Assembly: GCA_046294345.1 (NCBI GenBank)
Contig: JBKBJT010000015.1
Span: 2,739 to 66,738 of the forward strand
DNA length: 64,000 nt
Origin: Ferrovibrio sp.
GTDB lineage: Bacteria; Pseudomonadota; Alphaproteobacteria; Ferrovibrionales; Ferrovibrionaceae
Reading direction: 5' to 3'
The first letter of the stretch is position 1; each line of letters starts with the position of its first letter. Below, piece by piece: positions 1-9,142 of the stretch. Both the position numbers and the translations under genes were made by a program. The notes below the pieces were generated by a model. That model was not told the origin of the DNA and made no database searches. It saw nothing but the letters and a program-made list of their open reading frames with translations.

Positions 1-29
1 TTTCACTCGACCGGGCATGGCGACCGCCC

Positions 30-66
30 TATAATTAGGTAAGCAATACTGACCTAATTCGGTCAG
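30..66 (+). promoter_or_regulatory. -10 box (TATAAT) plus overlapping inverted repeats (putative operator) upstream of the IOR gene
   Basis: TATAAT at 30-35; AATTAGGTAAG (33-43) / CTGACCTAATT (49-59) inverted with 1 mismatch; CTGACC-N6-GGTCAG (49-66); GGAGGAG RBS before ATG 83. Confidence 0.55.
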
Positions 67-82
67 CGGGAGGAGAAACCGG

Positions 83-3000
83 ATGCTGGCGAATGTCACG
101 CTGGACGACAAATACACGCTGGAACGCGGCCGCGTCTTCCTGACCGGCACGCAGGCATTGGTCCGCCTGCCGATGTTGCAGCGGAAACGCGATCTGGCAG
201 CGGGCCTGAACACCGCCTGCTTCATCTCCGGCTATCGCGGCTCGCCGCTCGGCCTGTTCGACCAGCAGCTCTGGCGCGCCCGCAAATTCCTCAAGGACAA
301 CCACATCCAGTTCCAGCCCGGCGTGAACGAGGACCTGGCCGCCACCGCGGTATGGGGCAGCCAGCAGCTCAACCTGTTCCCGAAGGCGAAATACGACGGC
401 GTGTTCGGCATCTGGTACGGCAAGGGCCCCGGCGTCGACCGTTCGATGGACGTGTTCAAGCATGCCAATTCCGCCGGCACGTCGCAGCATGGCGGCGTGC
501 TGGCGCTGTGCGGCGACGACCATGGCGCCGCCTCGTCCACCGTGGCGCATCAGTCCGAACACATGATGATGGCCGCGATGATGCCCATGCTGCATCCGGC
601 CAATGTGCAGGAATTCCTCGATTACGGCCTGCTGGGCTGGGCCATGTCGCGCTATTCGGGCCTGTGGGTCGGATTCAAATGCCAGACCGAGACGGTGGAA
701 AGCTCGGCCAGCGTTTCCATCGACCCCGAGCGTCTGCAGATCGCCTACCCGACCGATTTCCAGATGCCACCGGGCGGGCTCAACATCCGCTGGCCCGATG
801 CGATCCTGGAACAGGAAGACCGGCTGCAGCGCCACAAGGCCTATGCCGCGCTCGCCTTCGCCCGCGCCAACAAGATCGACCGCGTGGTGATCGACAGCCC
901 GCGTCCGCGCCTTGGCATCATCACCACCGGCAAGTCGTATCTGGACGTGCGCCAGGCGATGGACGACCTCGGCATCACCGAGGAGATGGCCGCCGATATG
1001 GGCATCCGCCTCTACAAGGTGGGCATGGTCTGGCCGCTGGAACGCGAGGGCGCGCGGCATTTCGCCGAAGGACTGGAGGAAGTGATCGTCGTCGAGGAAA
1101 AGCGCGCGGTCATCGAGAACCAGCTGAAGGAACAGCTTTATAACTGGCGCGAGGACGTGCGTCCGCGCGTGGTGGGCAAGTTCGATGCCCAGGGCAACTG
1201 GCTGCTGCCTTCGGCCGGGGAGATATCCCCGGCGATTGTCGCCAAGGCGCTGTACACCTGGCTCAAGCGCTACGGCACCAATCCGCGCATCGAGGAACGC
1301 ATCGCCTTCATCGAGCAGAAGGAGAAGGAGCGCGCCGCCAGCAGCATCGGCAAGACGCAGCGGCAGCCCTATTTCTGTTCGGGCTGCCCGCACAACACTT
1401 CCACCCGCGTGCCGGAAGGCAGCCGCGCGGTGGCCGGCATCGGCTGTCATTTCATGTCGCTGTGGATGGACCGTTCCACCGCCACCTTCACCCAGATGGG
1501 CGGCGAAGGCACGCCCTGGATCGGCCAGGCGCCGTTCAGCGACGACAAGCACATCTTCGCCAACCTGGGCGATGGCACCTACTACCATTCGGGCCTGCTG
1601 GCCCTGCGCGCCTCGGTCGCGGCCAAGGTGAACATCACCTACAAGATCCTCTACAACGACGCCGTGGCGATGACCGGCGGCCAGCCGCATGACGGCCCGC
1701 TGACCCCGCCACAGATCAGCATGCAGGTCTACGGCGAAGGCGTGCGCAAGATCATCGTCGTCACCGACGAACCCGACAAATATCCGGTCGGCACCGAATG
1801 GGCGCCGGGCGTGACCATCCGTCATCGCGACGAGCTGGATGCCGTGCAGCGCGAACTGCGCGAGATCGAGGGCTGCACCGTGCTGATCTACGACCAGACC
1901 TGTGCCGCCGAGAAGCGCCGCCGCCGCAAACGCGGCACCTTCCCCGATCCCGACAGGCGCGTGTTCATCAACGAGGCGGTCTGCGAGGGCTGCGGCGATT
2001 GTTCGGTGAAATCCAACTGCGTCTCGGTCGAACCGCTGGAAACCGAACTGGGCCGCAAGCGCAAGATCAACCAGTCGTCCTGCAACAAGGACTTCTCCTG
2101 CGTGAAGGGCTTCTGCCCCAGCTTCGTCACCGTGCATGGCGGCAAGGTGAAGCGCGCCAAGGTGAAGCTGCAGCAGGGCCCGAGCGACAACGACGTGGAC
2201 GGCCTGTTCGCCGGGCTGAAGACGCCGGAAGTCGCCCCGGTCGACCAGCCCTACAACATCCTGATCACCGGCATCGGCGGCACCGGCGTGGTGACCATCG
2301 GCCAGATCTTAGGGATGGCCGCGCATATCCAGGGCTACGGCACCAGCGTGCTGGATTTCACCGGCCTGGCGCAGAAGAACGGCGCGGTGCTGAGCCATGT
2401 GCGTATCGCGAAAACGCCGGACGACATCCATGCCGTGCGCGTGGCGGCCGGCGGCGCCAACCTGGTGCTGGGCTGCGACATGGTGGTGGCCGCGGGAGAC
2501 GCCGCGCTGGAGAAGATGCAGAAAGGCGCCACCCGCGCGCTGATCAACACGCATCTCACGCCCACCGCCGCCTTCCAGCTCAATCCCAACCTGCAGCTTG
2601 ACGACAACCAGATGGTGCAGGCAATCCGCAATGCCGCCGGCGAGAACCTGTCGGAATTCGTGGAAGCCACCCGCATCGCCACCGTGCTGATGGGCGACGC
2701 CATCGCCACCAACATGTTCATGCTGGGCTATGCCGTGCAGCGCGGCCTGATCCCGGTATCGCTGGATGCCCTTTTGCAGGCCATCGAGCTGAACGGCACG
2801 GCGATTGACGCCAACATCCGCGCCCTGAGCTGGGGCCGGCTCTATGCCCAGGACCCCAAGGCGGTGGACGATATCGCGCGGCCCACGCTCAGCGCCATCG
2901 AGCCCAAGGCGTTCGCCAAGACGGTGGACGAACTGCTGGCCGACCGCATGCCGCGCCTGACCGCCTGGCAGAATGCGGCTTACGCCGAGCGCTACAAGGC

Positions 3001-3583
3001 CCTGGTGGAAAAAGCTCGCCATGCCGAGGCGAACCGGGCCAAGGGCATGAGCGGTTTCGCCGAGGCCGTGGCGCGCTATGCCTACAAGCTGATGGCCTAC
3101 AAGGACGAGTACGAGGTGGCCCGCCTTTATTCCGACGGCGACTTCCTGAAGAAGCTGAACGCGCAGTTCGACGGCGATTTCCGCCTGAGCTTCCATCTCG
3201 CTCCGCCGCTGCTCAATCCGCCCGATCCGGAAACCGGCATCGCGCAGAAGAAGGAGTTCGGCCCGTGGATGTTCCGCGCCTTCGGCCTGCTGGCGAAGCT
3301 GAAATTCCTGCGCGGCACGGCCTTTGACATCTTCGGCCGCACCGAGGAACGCCGCACCGAACGCCAGCTGATCGCCGATTACTTCACGCTGATCGAGGAA
3401 CTGTGCGAGAAGCTGAACCCGCAGAATCACGCGCTGGCCGTGCAGCTGGCGAGGATTCCGGAAGACATCCGCGGCTATGGCCATGTGAAGGTGAAGCACC
3501 TGGCGGCGGCGAAGGAGAAGGAAGCCAAACTGTTGGCCACCTTCCGCGCCCCCACCGCGCCGCTGGCGACTGCGGCGGAGTGA
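83..3583 (+). CDS. indolepyruvate ferredoxin oxidoreductase family protein (fused alpha/beta subunits)
   Basis: 1166 aa; GYRGSPLG, NEDLAAT, FCSGCPHNTS, TPP-binding GDGTYYHSG...YNDAVAMTGGQ, ferredoxin CEGCGDC...C, GIGGTGVVT, IRGYGHVK. Confidence 0.93.
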   Translation: MLANVTLDDKYTLERGRVFLTGTQALVRLPMLQRKRDLAAGLNTACFISGYRGSPLGLFDQQLWRARKFLKDNHIQFQPGVNEDLAATAVWGSQQLNLFPKAKYDGVFGIWYGKGPGVDRSMDVFKHANSAGTSQHGGVLALCGDDHGAASSTVAHQSEHMMMAAMMPMLHPANVQEFLDYGLLGWAMSRYSGLWVGFKCQTETVESSASVSIDPERLQIAYPTDFQMPPGGLNIRWPDAILEQEDRLQRHKAYAALAFARANKIDRVVIDSPRPRLGIITTGKSYLDVRQAMDDLGITEEMAADMGIRLYKVGMVWPLEREGARHFAEGLEEVIVVEEKRAVIENQLKEQLYNWREDVRPRVVGKFDAQGNWLLPSAGEISPAIVAKALYTWLKRYGTNPRIEERIAFIEQKEKERAASSIGKTQRQPYFCSGCPHNTSTRVPEGSRAVAGIGCHFMSLWMDRSTATFTQMGGEGTPWIGQAPFSDDKHIFANLGDGTYYHSGLLALRASVAAKVNITYKILYNDAVAMTGGQPHDGPLTPPQISMQVYGEGVRKIIVVTDEPDKYPVGTEWAPGVTIRHRDELDAVQRELREIEGCTVLIYDQTCAAEKRRRRKRGTFPDPDRRVFINEAVCEGCGDCSVKSNCVSVEPLETELGRKRKINQSSCNKDFSCVKGFCPSFVTVHGGKVKRAKVKLQQGPSDNDVDGLFAGLKTPEVAPVDQPYNILITGIGGTGVVTIGQILGMAAHIQGYGTSVLDFTGLAQKNGAVLSHVRIAKTPDDIHAVRVAAGGANLVLGCDMVVAAGDAALEKMQKGATRALINTHLTPTAAFQLNPNLQLDDNQMVQAIRNAAGENLSEFVEATRIATVLMGDAIATNMFMLGYAVQRGLIPVSLDALLQAIELNGTAIDANIRALSWGRLYAQDPKAVDDIARPTLSAIEPKAFAKTVDELLADRMPRLTAWQNAAYAERYKALVEKARHAEANRAKGMSGFAEAVARYAYKLMAYKDEYEVARLYSDGDFLKKLNAQFDGDFRLSFHLAPPLLNPPDPETGIAQKKEFGPWMFRAFGLLAKLKFLRGTAFDIFGRTEERRTERQLIADYFTLIEELCEKLNPQNHALAVQLARIPEDIRGYGHVKVKHLAAAKEKEAKLLATFRAPTAPLATAAE

Positions 3584-3598
3584 AGTAAAAAAGAAACT

Positions 3599-3676
3599 CG
3601 TAGATGGCCGGGCCAAGCCCGGCCATGACGTGTCTTTTGTGATTCGTCATGCCCGGACGTGGTCCGGGCATCCACG
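3599..3676. repeat. REP doublet (REPIN/BIME-like): two inverted GTAG/GTGG-type REP hairpins
   Basis: CGTAGATGGCCGGGCCAAGCCCGGCCATGACG (3599-3630) and CGTCATGCCCGGACGTGGTCCGGGCATCCACG (3645-3676) are imperfect inverted copies, each with its own hairpin, flanked by an A-tract and a T-tract. Confidence 0.75.
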
Positions 3677-3764
3677 TTTTTTTCTCTCTTCCGCAGCGGC
3701 ATGCCGTTAGGACATTACCGGATTGGTAATTGCCAGCCTGTCATGACCGTGGCTGGATAGGCGC

Positions 3765-4637
3765 ATGACCGCGATGACCGCCCTCTCCGCTTCGCCCGAA
3801 ACCATCCGCCTGCAGCGCCACGACGGCACCAGCTTTGCCGTGCAGATTCATCCGGCGGGCGATGCGAAGGCGCCGACCATCCTGATCCAGCCGGCGATGG
3901 GCATGCAGATCGGCTATTACGCCCCGCTGCTGCAGGCCCTGCAGCAGGCCGGATACAACGCCGCTATCGCCGAGTTGCGCGGCCATGAGGAAAGCGGCGG
4001 GCGCAAGCCGGGCTGGGGCTACGATTTCGGCTATCACGACCTGCTGACCGAGGACTGGCCGCTGGCGATCAAGACAGTGAAGGCGCGCTTTCCGAACACG
4101 CCCTTCTACCTGCTGGGCCACAGCCTCGGCGCGCAGGTCAGCAGTATCTATGCCGCGCATCATCCGCAGCAGCTCGACGGCCTGATCCTGATCGCCTGCT
4201 CATCGGTGTACTGGAAGCTGTGGCCGAAAGCCTTCCTGGCCTACAGCCAGATGGTGCCGCTGGTGGCGCGCGTGGTGGGACATTTCCCCGGTCATCGCTT
4301 CCGCTTTGCCGGGCGCGAGGCGCGCACATTGATGGCCGACTGGGCGCGGCAGGCGCGCACCGGGCGTTTCCTGTTCGGCCGGCCGCGCGTCGACCATGAT
4401 CGCCATCTGGCGGAATTGTCGCTGCCGGTGCTGGGCATTTCATTGCAGGGCGATTTCTTCGCGCCGAAACACGCGATGGACGGCTTGCTGGGCAAGTTTC
4501 CCAGGGCGCAGCTCACGCGCCATCATCTCGACCCCAAGGCGATGGGCTTCCAGGGCATCGATCATTTCCGCTGGGTGCGGAAGCCTGAGATCGTGATGCC
4601 CAAGGTGACCGAATGGCTGAAGGCCCGGCACGGCTGA
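3765..4637 (+). CDS. alpha/beta fold hydrolase
   Basis: GHSLG nucleophile elbow, LRGHEES, C-terminal DHFRW His motif. Confidence 0.85.
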   Translation: MTAMTALSASPETIRLQRHDGTSFAVQIHPAGDAKAPTILIQPAMGMQIGYYAPLLQALQQAGYNAAIAELRGHEESGGRKPGWGYDFGYHDLLTEDWPLAIKTVKARFPNTPFYLLGHSLGAQVSSIYAAHHPQQLDGLILIACSSVYWKLWPKAFLAYSQMVPLVARVVGHFPGHRFRFAGREARTLMADWARQARTGRFLFGRPRVDHDRHLAELSLPVLGISLQGDFFAPKHAMDGLLGKFPRAQLTRHHLDPKAMGFQGIDHFRWVRKPEIVMPKVTEWLKARHG

Positions 4638-4644
4638 TGCCGGC

Positions 4645-5031
4645 CTAGCGGCCCTCGTAGCATTTCACCCGCGTGACTTCGCCGGAATCGGTCTCGTCGC
4701 TTTTCTCGCGGTAGATTTCCATGGTGCCGCGATTCTTCAGGCGGCATTCGCCGATCGGGAACCAGGTGGATTTCACCTGCACGATGATGAACTCGTTCGC
4801 CCCCAGGCGATCCGGCGCGCAATAGCGGTTCACCTCGCGCGGCTTGGCGATCACGGTGGAATTCACCCGGCCTTCGCGCCGGATGTTGATCGGCCAGTTG
4901 TATTGCGTGAGGTTGGCGATGCTGACGCAGGCCTGGGCATCGTCGGTGACCGGCCGCTGCGGCTGGGCGGCAAGATCGCCGCAGAAGAGCAGCGCGGCCA
5001 GACCTGCTATGACGCCGGTTTGGCCGCGCAT
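4645..5031 (-). CDS. hypothetical exported protein (4 Cys in mature part)
   Basis: N-terminal hydrophobic signal peptide (GLAALLFCGDLAA); 5 nt downstream of gapR stop. Confidence 0.65.
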   Translation of the reverse strand: MRGQTGVIAGLAALLFCGDLAAQPQRPVTDDAQACVSIANLTQYNWPINIRREGRVNSTVIAKPREVNRYCAPDRLGANEFIIVQVKSTWFPIGECRLKNRGTMEIYREKSDETDSGEVTRVKCYEGR

Positions 5032-5036
5032 GCGGT

Positions 5037-5330
5037 TTACTCCGCGGCTTCAGCGTCGGCGTCGGCGCTGCCGTTGATCTGCATGCCAAGCGCGTCCATG
5101 TAGATTTCCAGCAGGCTCTCCTGCTCGGCCAGTTCGGCACGATCCAGTTTGCGCAGCTTGATCACCTGGCGAAGGATCTTGGTGTCGAAGCCATGCGCCT
5201 TGGCTTCGGCATAGACCTCGCGGATATCGTCGGCCAGCGCCTTCTTCTCTTCCTCCAGCCGCTCGATACGGGCGACGATCTGGTTGAGCTGGTCGGCCGA
5301 GAAGTTGCCGGAGATCAGTTTGGTGGCCAT
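5037..5330 (-). CDS. gapR: DUF2312 / GapR nucleoid-associated DNA-binding protein
   Basis: [44 protein letters not shown]...LEIYMDALG; start reassigned to ATG at 5330. Confidence 0.9.
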   Translation of the reverse strand: MATKLISGNFSADQLNQIVARIERLEEEKKALADDIREVYAEAKAHGFDTKILRQVIKLRKLDRAELAEQESLLEIYMDALGMQINGSADADAEAAE

Positions 5331-5407
5331 GGGTGACCTCGAATAAAAGCGGTGTTGGAGTTGGGCGCGGATTATAGCCGCCAGCGTCCTGCCGCCTACC
5401 GCCCCAC

Positions 5408-5448
5408 CCGAGTTATCCACAGGAATGCGCCGTCCGTGGATAACTCGG
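5408..5448. promoter_or_regulatory. 13-bp inverted repeat containing two inverted DnaA boxes upstream of gapR
   Basis: CCGAGTTATCCAC (5408-5420) / GTGGATAACTCGG (5436-5448); perfect TTATCCACA at 5413-5421 and 1-mismatch box at 5435-5443. Confidence 0.6.
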
Positions 5449-5456
5449 ATTTATCC

Positions 5457-5771
5457 CTAGTGCTTATGGGCCTTGATCGCCTCGGTAAAAGCCTTCTGCT
5501 GGTCGGCCGAGGCGTCCTTCTGGTATTTCGCCTGCCATTCCGGATAGGGCATGCCGTAGACGATCTCGCGGGCTGCCATCTTGTCGAGTTCGATTCCCTT
5601 GGCGGCAGCGGCGTCCTGGTACCAGTTGCTCAGGCAGTTGCGGCAGAAGCCGGCCAGGTTCATCAGGTCGATATTCTGCACATCGGTGCGGCCGCGCAGA
5701 TGCTCGACCAGGCGGCGGAAGGCGGCGGCTTCCAGTTCGGTCTGCGTCTTGGGATCGATCTTGTCGGTCAT
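5457..5771 (-). CDS. DUF1244 domain protein
   Basis: ELEAAAFRRLVEHLR..DVQNIDLMNLAGFCRNCLSNWY...YGMPYPEW. Confidence 0.9.
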   Translation of the reverse strand: MTDKIDPKTQTELEAAAFRRLVEHLRGRTDVQNIDLMNLAGFCRNCLSNWYQDAAAAKGIELDKMAAREIVYGMPYPEWQAKYQKDASADQQKAFTEAIKAHKH

Positions 5772-5780
5772 CGCATTCTC

Positions 5781-6923
5781 CTAGTCAGGAATGGCGAAAT
5801 TCACGGTCTCCGCCATCAGCCAGTCCACCACGGCCTTCAGCGCCGCGGGCTTGTCCATGCCAGCATGTAGCGCATCGCGGTAGACTTGCAACTGGCGCTG
5901 CGCCGAGGTGCCGCGCTTCAGGATGCCGCGCGCCCGCTCCACCTCGGCCAGGCAGCCGAGCTGGATCGCCTCCTCGCGGGTCAGTTCGATCAGTTCCTCA
6001 AGCAGGGCCGCATAGGGCACCGCCTCGCCCTTGCCGAAATCGACCAAGCTGCCGGCGATGCCGTAGCGCTGGGCCAGCCAGCGGTTCTCGTCGATCAGGG
6101 TATTGGCATAGATGCGCCAGCGCTGGTTTTTCTGCTTCAGCCGCAGCAGGGCGGCCAGCAGGCACAGATACAGCGCCGCGACGCTCAGGCCGTCGTCCAG
6201 CCGGGTGCAGACATCGGTAATCCGCAGCTCCAGCGTGGGATAACGGGCCGAGGGGCGGATGTCCCACCACAGCTTGCTGGCATCCTCGATCAGGCCGGCC
6301 TGCTTCAAGCGGTTCACCAGCCGCTGGTATTCGCCCCAGGTTTCCAGGCGCTCGGGCAGGCCGGTGCGCGGCAGGCTGTCGAACACTGACAGGCGGTAGG
6401 ATTGCAGGCCGCTTTCCTCGCCCTGCCAGAAGGGCGAAGAGGTGGAGAGCGCCAGCAGATGCGGCAGGAAATAACTGACCTGGTTCATCAGGTCGATGCG
6501 CAGATCCTCGTCCGCGATGCCCACATGCACATGCAGGCCGCAGATGATCAGACGCCGCGCCACGCCGGCCAGGTCCTTCGCCAGCCGGTCGTAACGCTCC
6601 TTGTCGGTATGACGCTGGTCGCTCCATTTGGCAAACGGATGCGTGGAGGCGGCAATCGGCGCCAGGCCGTGGCGCGCGGCAACTTCCGAAATGCCGCCGC
6701 GCAGGCGCACCAGATCGGCGCGCGCCTCGCCCAGGTTGCGGCAGACCTTGGTGGAAATCTCGATCTGGCATTGCAGGAATTCAGGATGCACCTGGCCGCC
6801 GGCGATGGCCTCGCATTCGGCCAGAACGGCGGCCGGCGGTTCGACCGCCAATGCGCCGGTGGTGCGTTCCACCAGCAGATGCTCTTCCTCGATGCCGATG
6901 GTGAAATCGCCGGCGCTGATCAT
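5781..6923 (-). CDS. ybdK: carboxylate-amine ligase, YbdK / glutamate--cysteine ligase GCS2 family
   Basis: TIGIEEE, EFLQCQIEIST, ICGLHVHVG, SSPFWQG, LWWDIRPS..YPTLELRITD. Confidence 0.88.
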   Translation of the reverse strand: MISAGDFTIGIEEEHLLVERTTGALAVEPPAAVLAECEAIAGGQVHPEFLQCQIEISTKVCRNLGEARADLVRLRGGISEVAARHGLAPIAASTHPFAKWSDQRHTDKERYDRLAKDLAGVARRLIICGLHVHVGIADEDLRIDLMNQVSYFLPHLLALSTSSPFWQGEESGLQSYRLSVFDSLPRTGLPERLETWGEYQRLVNRLKQAGLIEDASKLWWDIRPSARYPTLELRITDVCTRLDDGLSVAALYLCLLAALLRLKQKNQRWRIYANTLIDENRWLAQRYGIAGSLVDFGKGEAVPYAALLEELIELTREEAIQLGCLAEVERARGILKRGTSAQRQLQVYRDALHAGMDKPAALKAVVDWLMAETVNFAIPD

Positions 6924-6944
6924 CTTTCCCCCGTTACCCGAAAC

Positions 6945-7742
6945 TCAAGCCACGCTGCTGGCTGCCGCCATCAGTCCCGCATCAACCAGCATGCGGCGGA
7001 AACAGCGCTCCAGCCGCACCGCCCAGGCTTTTGCGCCTGCCTCGTCGCTCACCAGATCCTGCCGCACCTCGATCATCACGTGGTGCAGGCCGCGATTCTG
7101 GCCATGCTCGAAAATCGAATAGCCGGCATGGCGCCGGCCGCTATAGGGCTCGTTGTCGCCCACCACGAGGTCGCCCTCGTCGCGCAGGGCCCGCAGCAAC
7201 GGCTGGGCCAAGCGGCCGTCGCGGTCCCACACCACGCCGATATGCCAGGGCCGGTCCTCGCCCTTCACGCGCAGACGCGGCGTGAAACTGTGGATCGACA
7301 GCAGGGCTGGCACCGGGCCGCGCTCGCCGGCTGCCTCGATCTGCTCGGCGATGGCAGCGTGATAGGGCCGGAAATACGACGCCCGGCGCCGCTCGCGCTC
7401 GCGCTCGTCCAGATCGCGGTTGCCCGGCACGACGGTGCCGTCGCTCACCTCGCAGATCAGGGTGGGATCGTCGGGCCGCCGGTTGCAGTCGATCACCAGC
7501 CGCGACACCCCGGCCAGCACCGCCGGCGCATCCAGGCTCTGCGCCAGGCATTCGGTGATGATCGCCGTGCCGGGGTCCCAGCCGATATGGCGGGTGCGCT
7601 CATCATCCGGCAGGCCGAGATTGCCCAGGCCCGGCGGCACGATGCAGCTGGCGTGGTCGCAGATCAGCACCAGCGGCGCGCGGCCCTGCGGATTGACGAT
7701 GCGGTGACTCGGAGGTTCGGCGGCTTGTTCGGGATTGGGCAT
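6945..7742 (-). CDS. N-formylglutamate amidohydrolase family protein
   Basis: LICDHAS, HIGWDPG, SRLVIDCNR, SIHSFTP, VGDNEPYSG, IEVRQDL. Confidence 0.9.
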   Translation of the reverse strand: MPNPEQAAEPPSHRIVNPQGRAPLVLICDHASCIVPPGLGNLGLPDDERTRHIGWDPGTAIITECLAQSLDAPAVLAGVSRLVIDCNRRPDDPTLICEVSDGTVVPGNRDLDERERERRRASYFRPYHAAIAEQIEAAGERGPVPALLSIHSFTPRLRVKGEDRPWHIGVVWDRDGRLAQPLLRALRDEGDLVVGDNEPYSGRRHAGYSIFEHGQNRGLHHVMIEVRQDLVSDEAGAKAWAVRLERCFRRMLVDAGLMAAASSVA

Positions 7743-7864
7743 GACAGGGGGTCAGGGGGAGCCGGGGCGGCTGGACCGGGAGTATAGCGGCCGGATTTGC
7801 ATAACGTGGTCAGGCTGCACTAAGGTTGCGGCGACATTTGGGCAACCATAACTGAAATAATCCC

Positions 7865-9142
7865 GTGCTGCATCATATCGCCATCGTCGGCAGCGGTCCG
7901 TCCGGCCTGTTTTGTGCCGACGCGCTGCTGCGCCAGAAACCCGAGCTGAAAATCGACGTCTTCGACCGGCTTGCCACCCCCTATGGTCTGGTGCGCTTCG
8001 GCGTCGCCCCCGACCACCAGGGCACCAAGGCGGTGACCCGACAGTTCGACCGGCTGTTCGGCAATCCCAACCTGCGCTTCCTGGGCAATATCGCGGTCGG
8101 CCGCGACCTGCCGCTGGCAGAACTGACCACCCATTACGATGCGGTGATCCTGGCATTGGGCGCCCATGCCGACCGCCCGCTGGGCATCCCGGGCGAGGAC
8201 CTGCCGGGCCGCTATGGCTCGATGGCCTTCGTGGGCTGGTATAACGGCCATCCGGATTTCCGCAATCTCAATCCCCTGTTGGATCGCCCGGGCGCGGCCG
8301 TGATCGGCATGGGCAACGTCGCGATCGACATCGTGCGTGTGCTGGGCAAGACCCCGGCCGAGATGGCGAGCAGCGACCTGACCGCCCATGCCGCCGAGGC
8401 CATCGCCAGGGCGCCGCTGACCGACCTGTATATCCTCGGCCGCCGCGGCCCGGTGGAAGCCAGCTTCACCAGCGCCGAACTGGCCGAACTGGGCCGGCTG
8501 GAACGCGTGCGCCCCGTGGTGAACAAGGCGGACCTGCCCGAGGCGCTGCCGGCTGGCCTCGACCCGAACGAGGCGAAGGTGAAGGAAAAAAACCTGAGCC
8601 TGCTGCATGAATTCGCCGCCCGCACCGATGACAAGCCGATCAGGCTGCATTTCCTGTTCCATGCCGCGCCCGAGGCCCTGCTGGGCAGCGGCCGCGTCGA
8701 GCAGCTGAAGATCAAGGGCATCGAAAAGGCGTTGGACGTGGGCGCCGCGATCAGCGCCATCGGCTATCGCACCGCCACCGAAGGCGACCTGCCGCAGGCC
8801 GATGCGCGTGGTGTGCTGGCCAACGAGTCCGGCCGTATCGCGCCTGGGCTGTATGTGGTGGGCTGGGCCAAGCGCGGCCCGAGCGGCACGATCCCGACCA
8901 ACCGCGCCGAGGCGAAAGCCGTGGCCGACCTGGTGCTGGCCGATTTCGCCAATGATACCGCGCCGGCGAAACCAGGGTGCATCGAACTGGACAAGCGCAT
9001 CGCCGCCCGTGGCGTGGCGGTGATCGACTGGACCGGCTGGAAACGCATCGAGGCAGCCGAGACGGCCGGCGCCAAATCCGGCAGTCCGCGCGCCAAGCTG
9101 GCCGACTGGGACGACCTGCACCGCACGGCACTGGTCCTGTGA
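7865..9142 (+). CDS. ferredoxin--NADP+ reductase (adrenodoxin reductase / FprA type)
   Basis: IVGSGPSG, PYGLVRFGVAPDH, FVGWYNGHP, IGMGNVAIDI, GRRGP, GWAKRGPSGTI; GTG start. Confidence 0.88.
   Translation: MLHHIAIVGSGPSGLFCADALLRQKPELKIDVFDRLATPYGLVRFGVAPDHQGTKAVTRQFDRLFGNPNLRFLGNIAVGRDLPLAELTTHYDAVILALGAHADRPLGIPGEDLPGRYGSMAFVGWYNGHPDFRNLNPLLDRPGAAVIGMGNVAIDIVRVLGKTPAEMASSDLTAHAAEAIARAPLTDLYILGRRGPVEASFTSAELAELGRLERVRPVVNKADLPEALPAGLDPNEAKVKEKNLSLLHEFAARTDDKPIRLHFLFHAAPEALLGSGRVEQLKIKGIEKALDVGAAISAIGYRTATEGDLPQADARGVLANESGRIAPGLYVVGWAKRGPSGTIPTNRAEAKAVADLVLADFANDTAPAKPGCIELDKRIAARGVAVIDWTGWKRIEAAETAGAKSGSPRAKLADWDDLHRTALVL

Noticed and set aside
35-3616. Long antisense ORFs opposite IOR (also 15186-18170, 41698-43338, 48412-50142, 50872-53043)
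   Set aside because: Typical stop-poor reverse frames of GC3-rich genes, with no recognisable domains or RBS.
5408-5459. Replication origin
   Set aside because: Only 2-3 DnaA boxes in a 126-bp gap, with no AT-rich unwinding element and no hemE/dnaA/parAB context.
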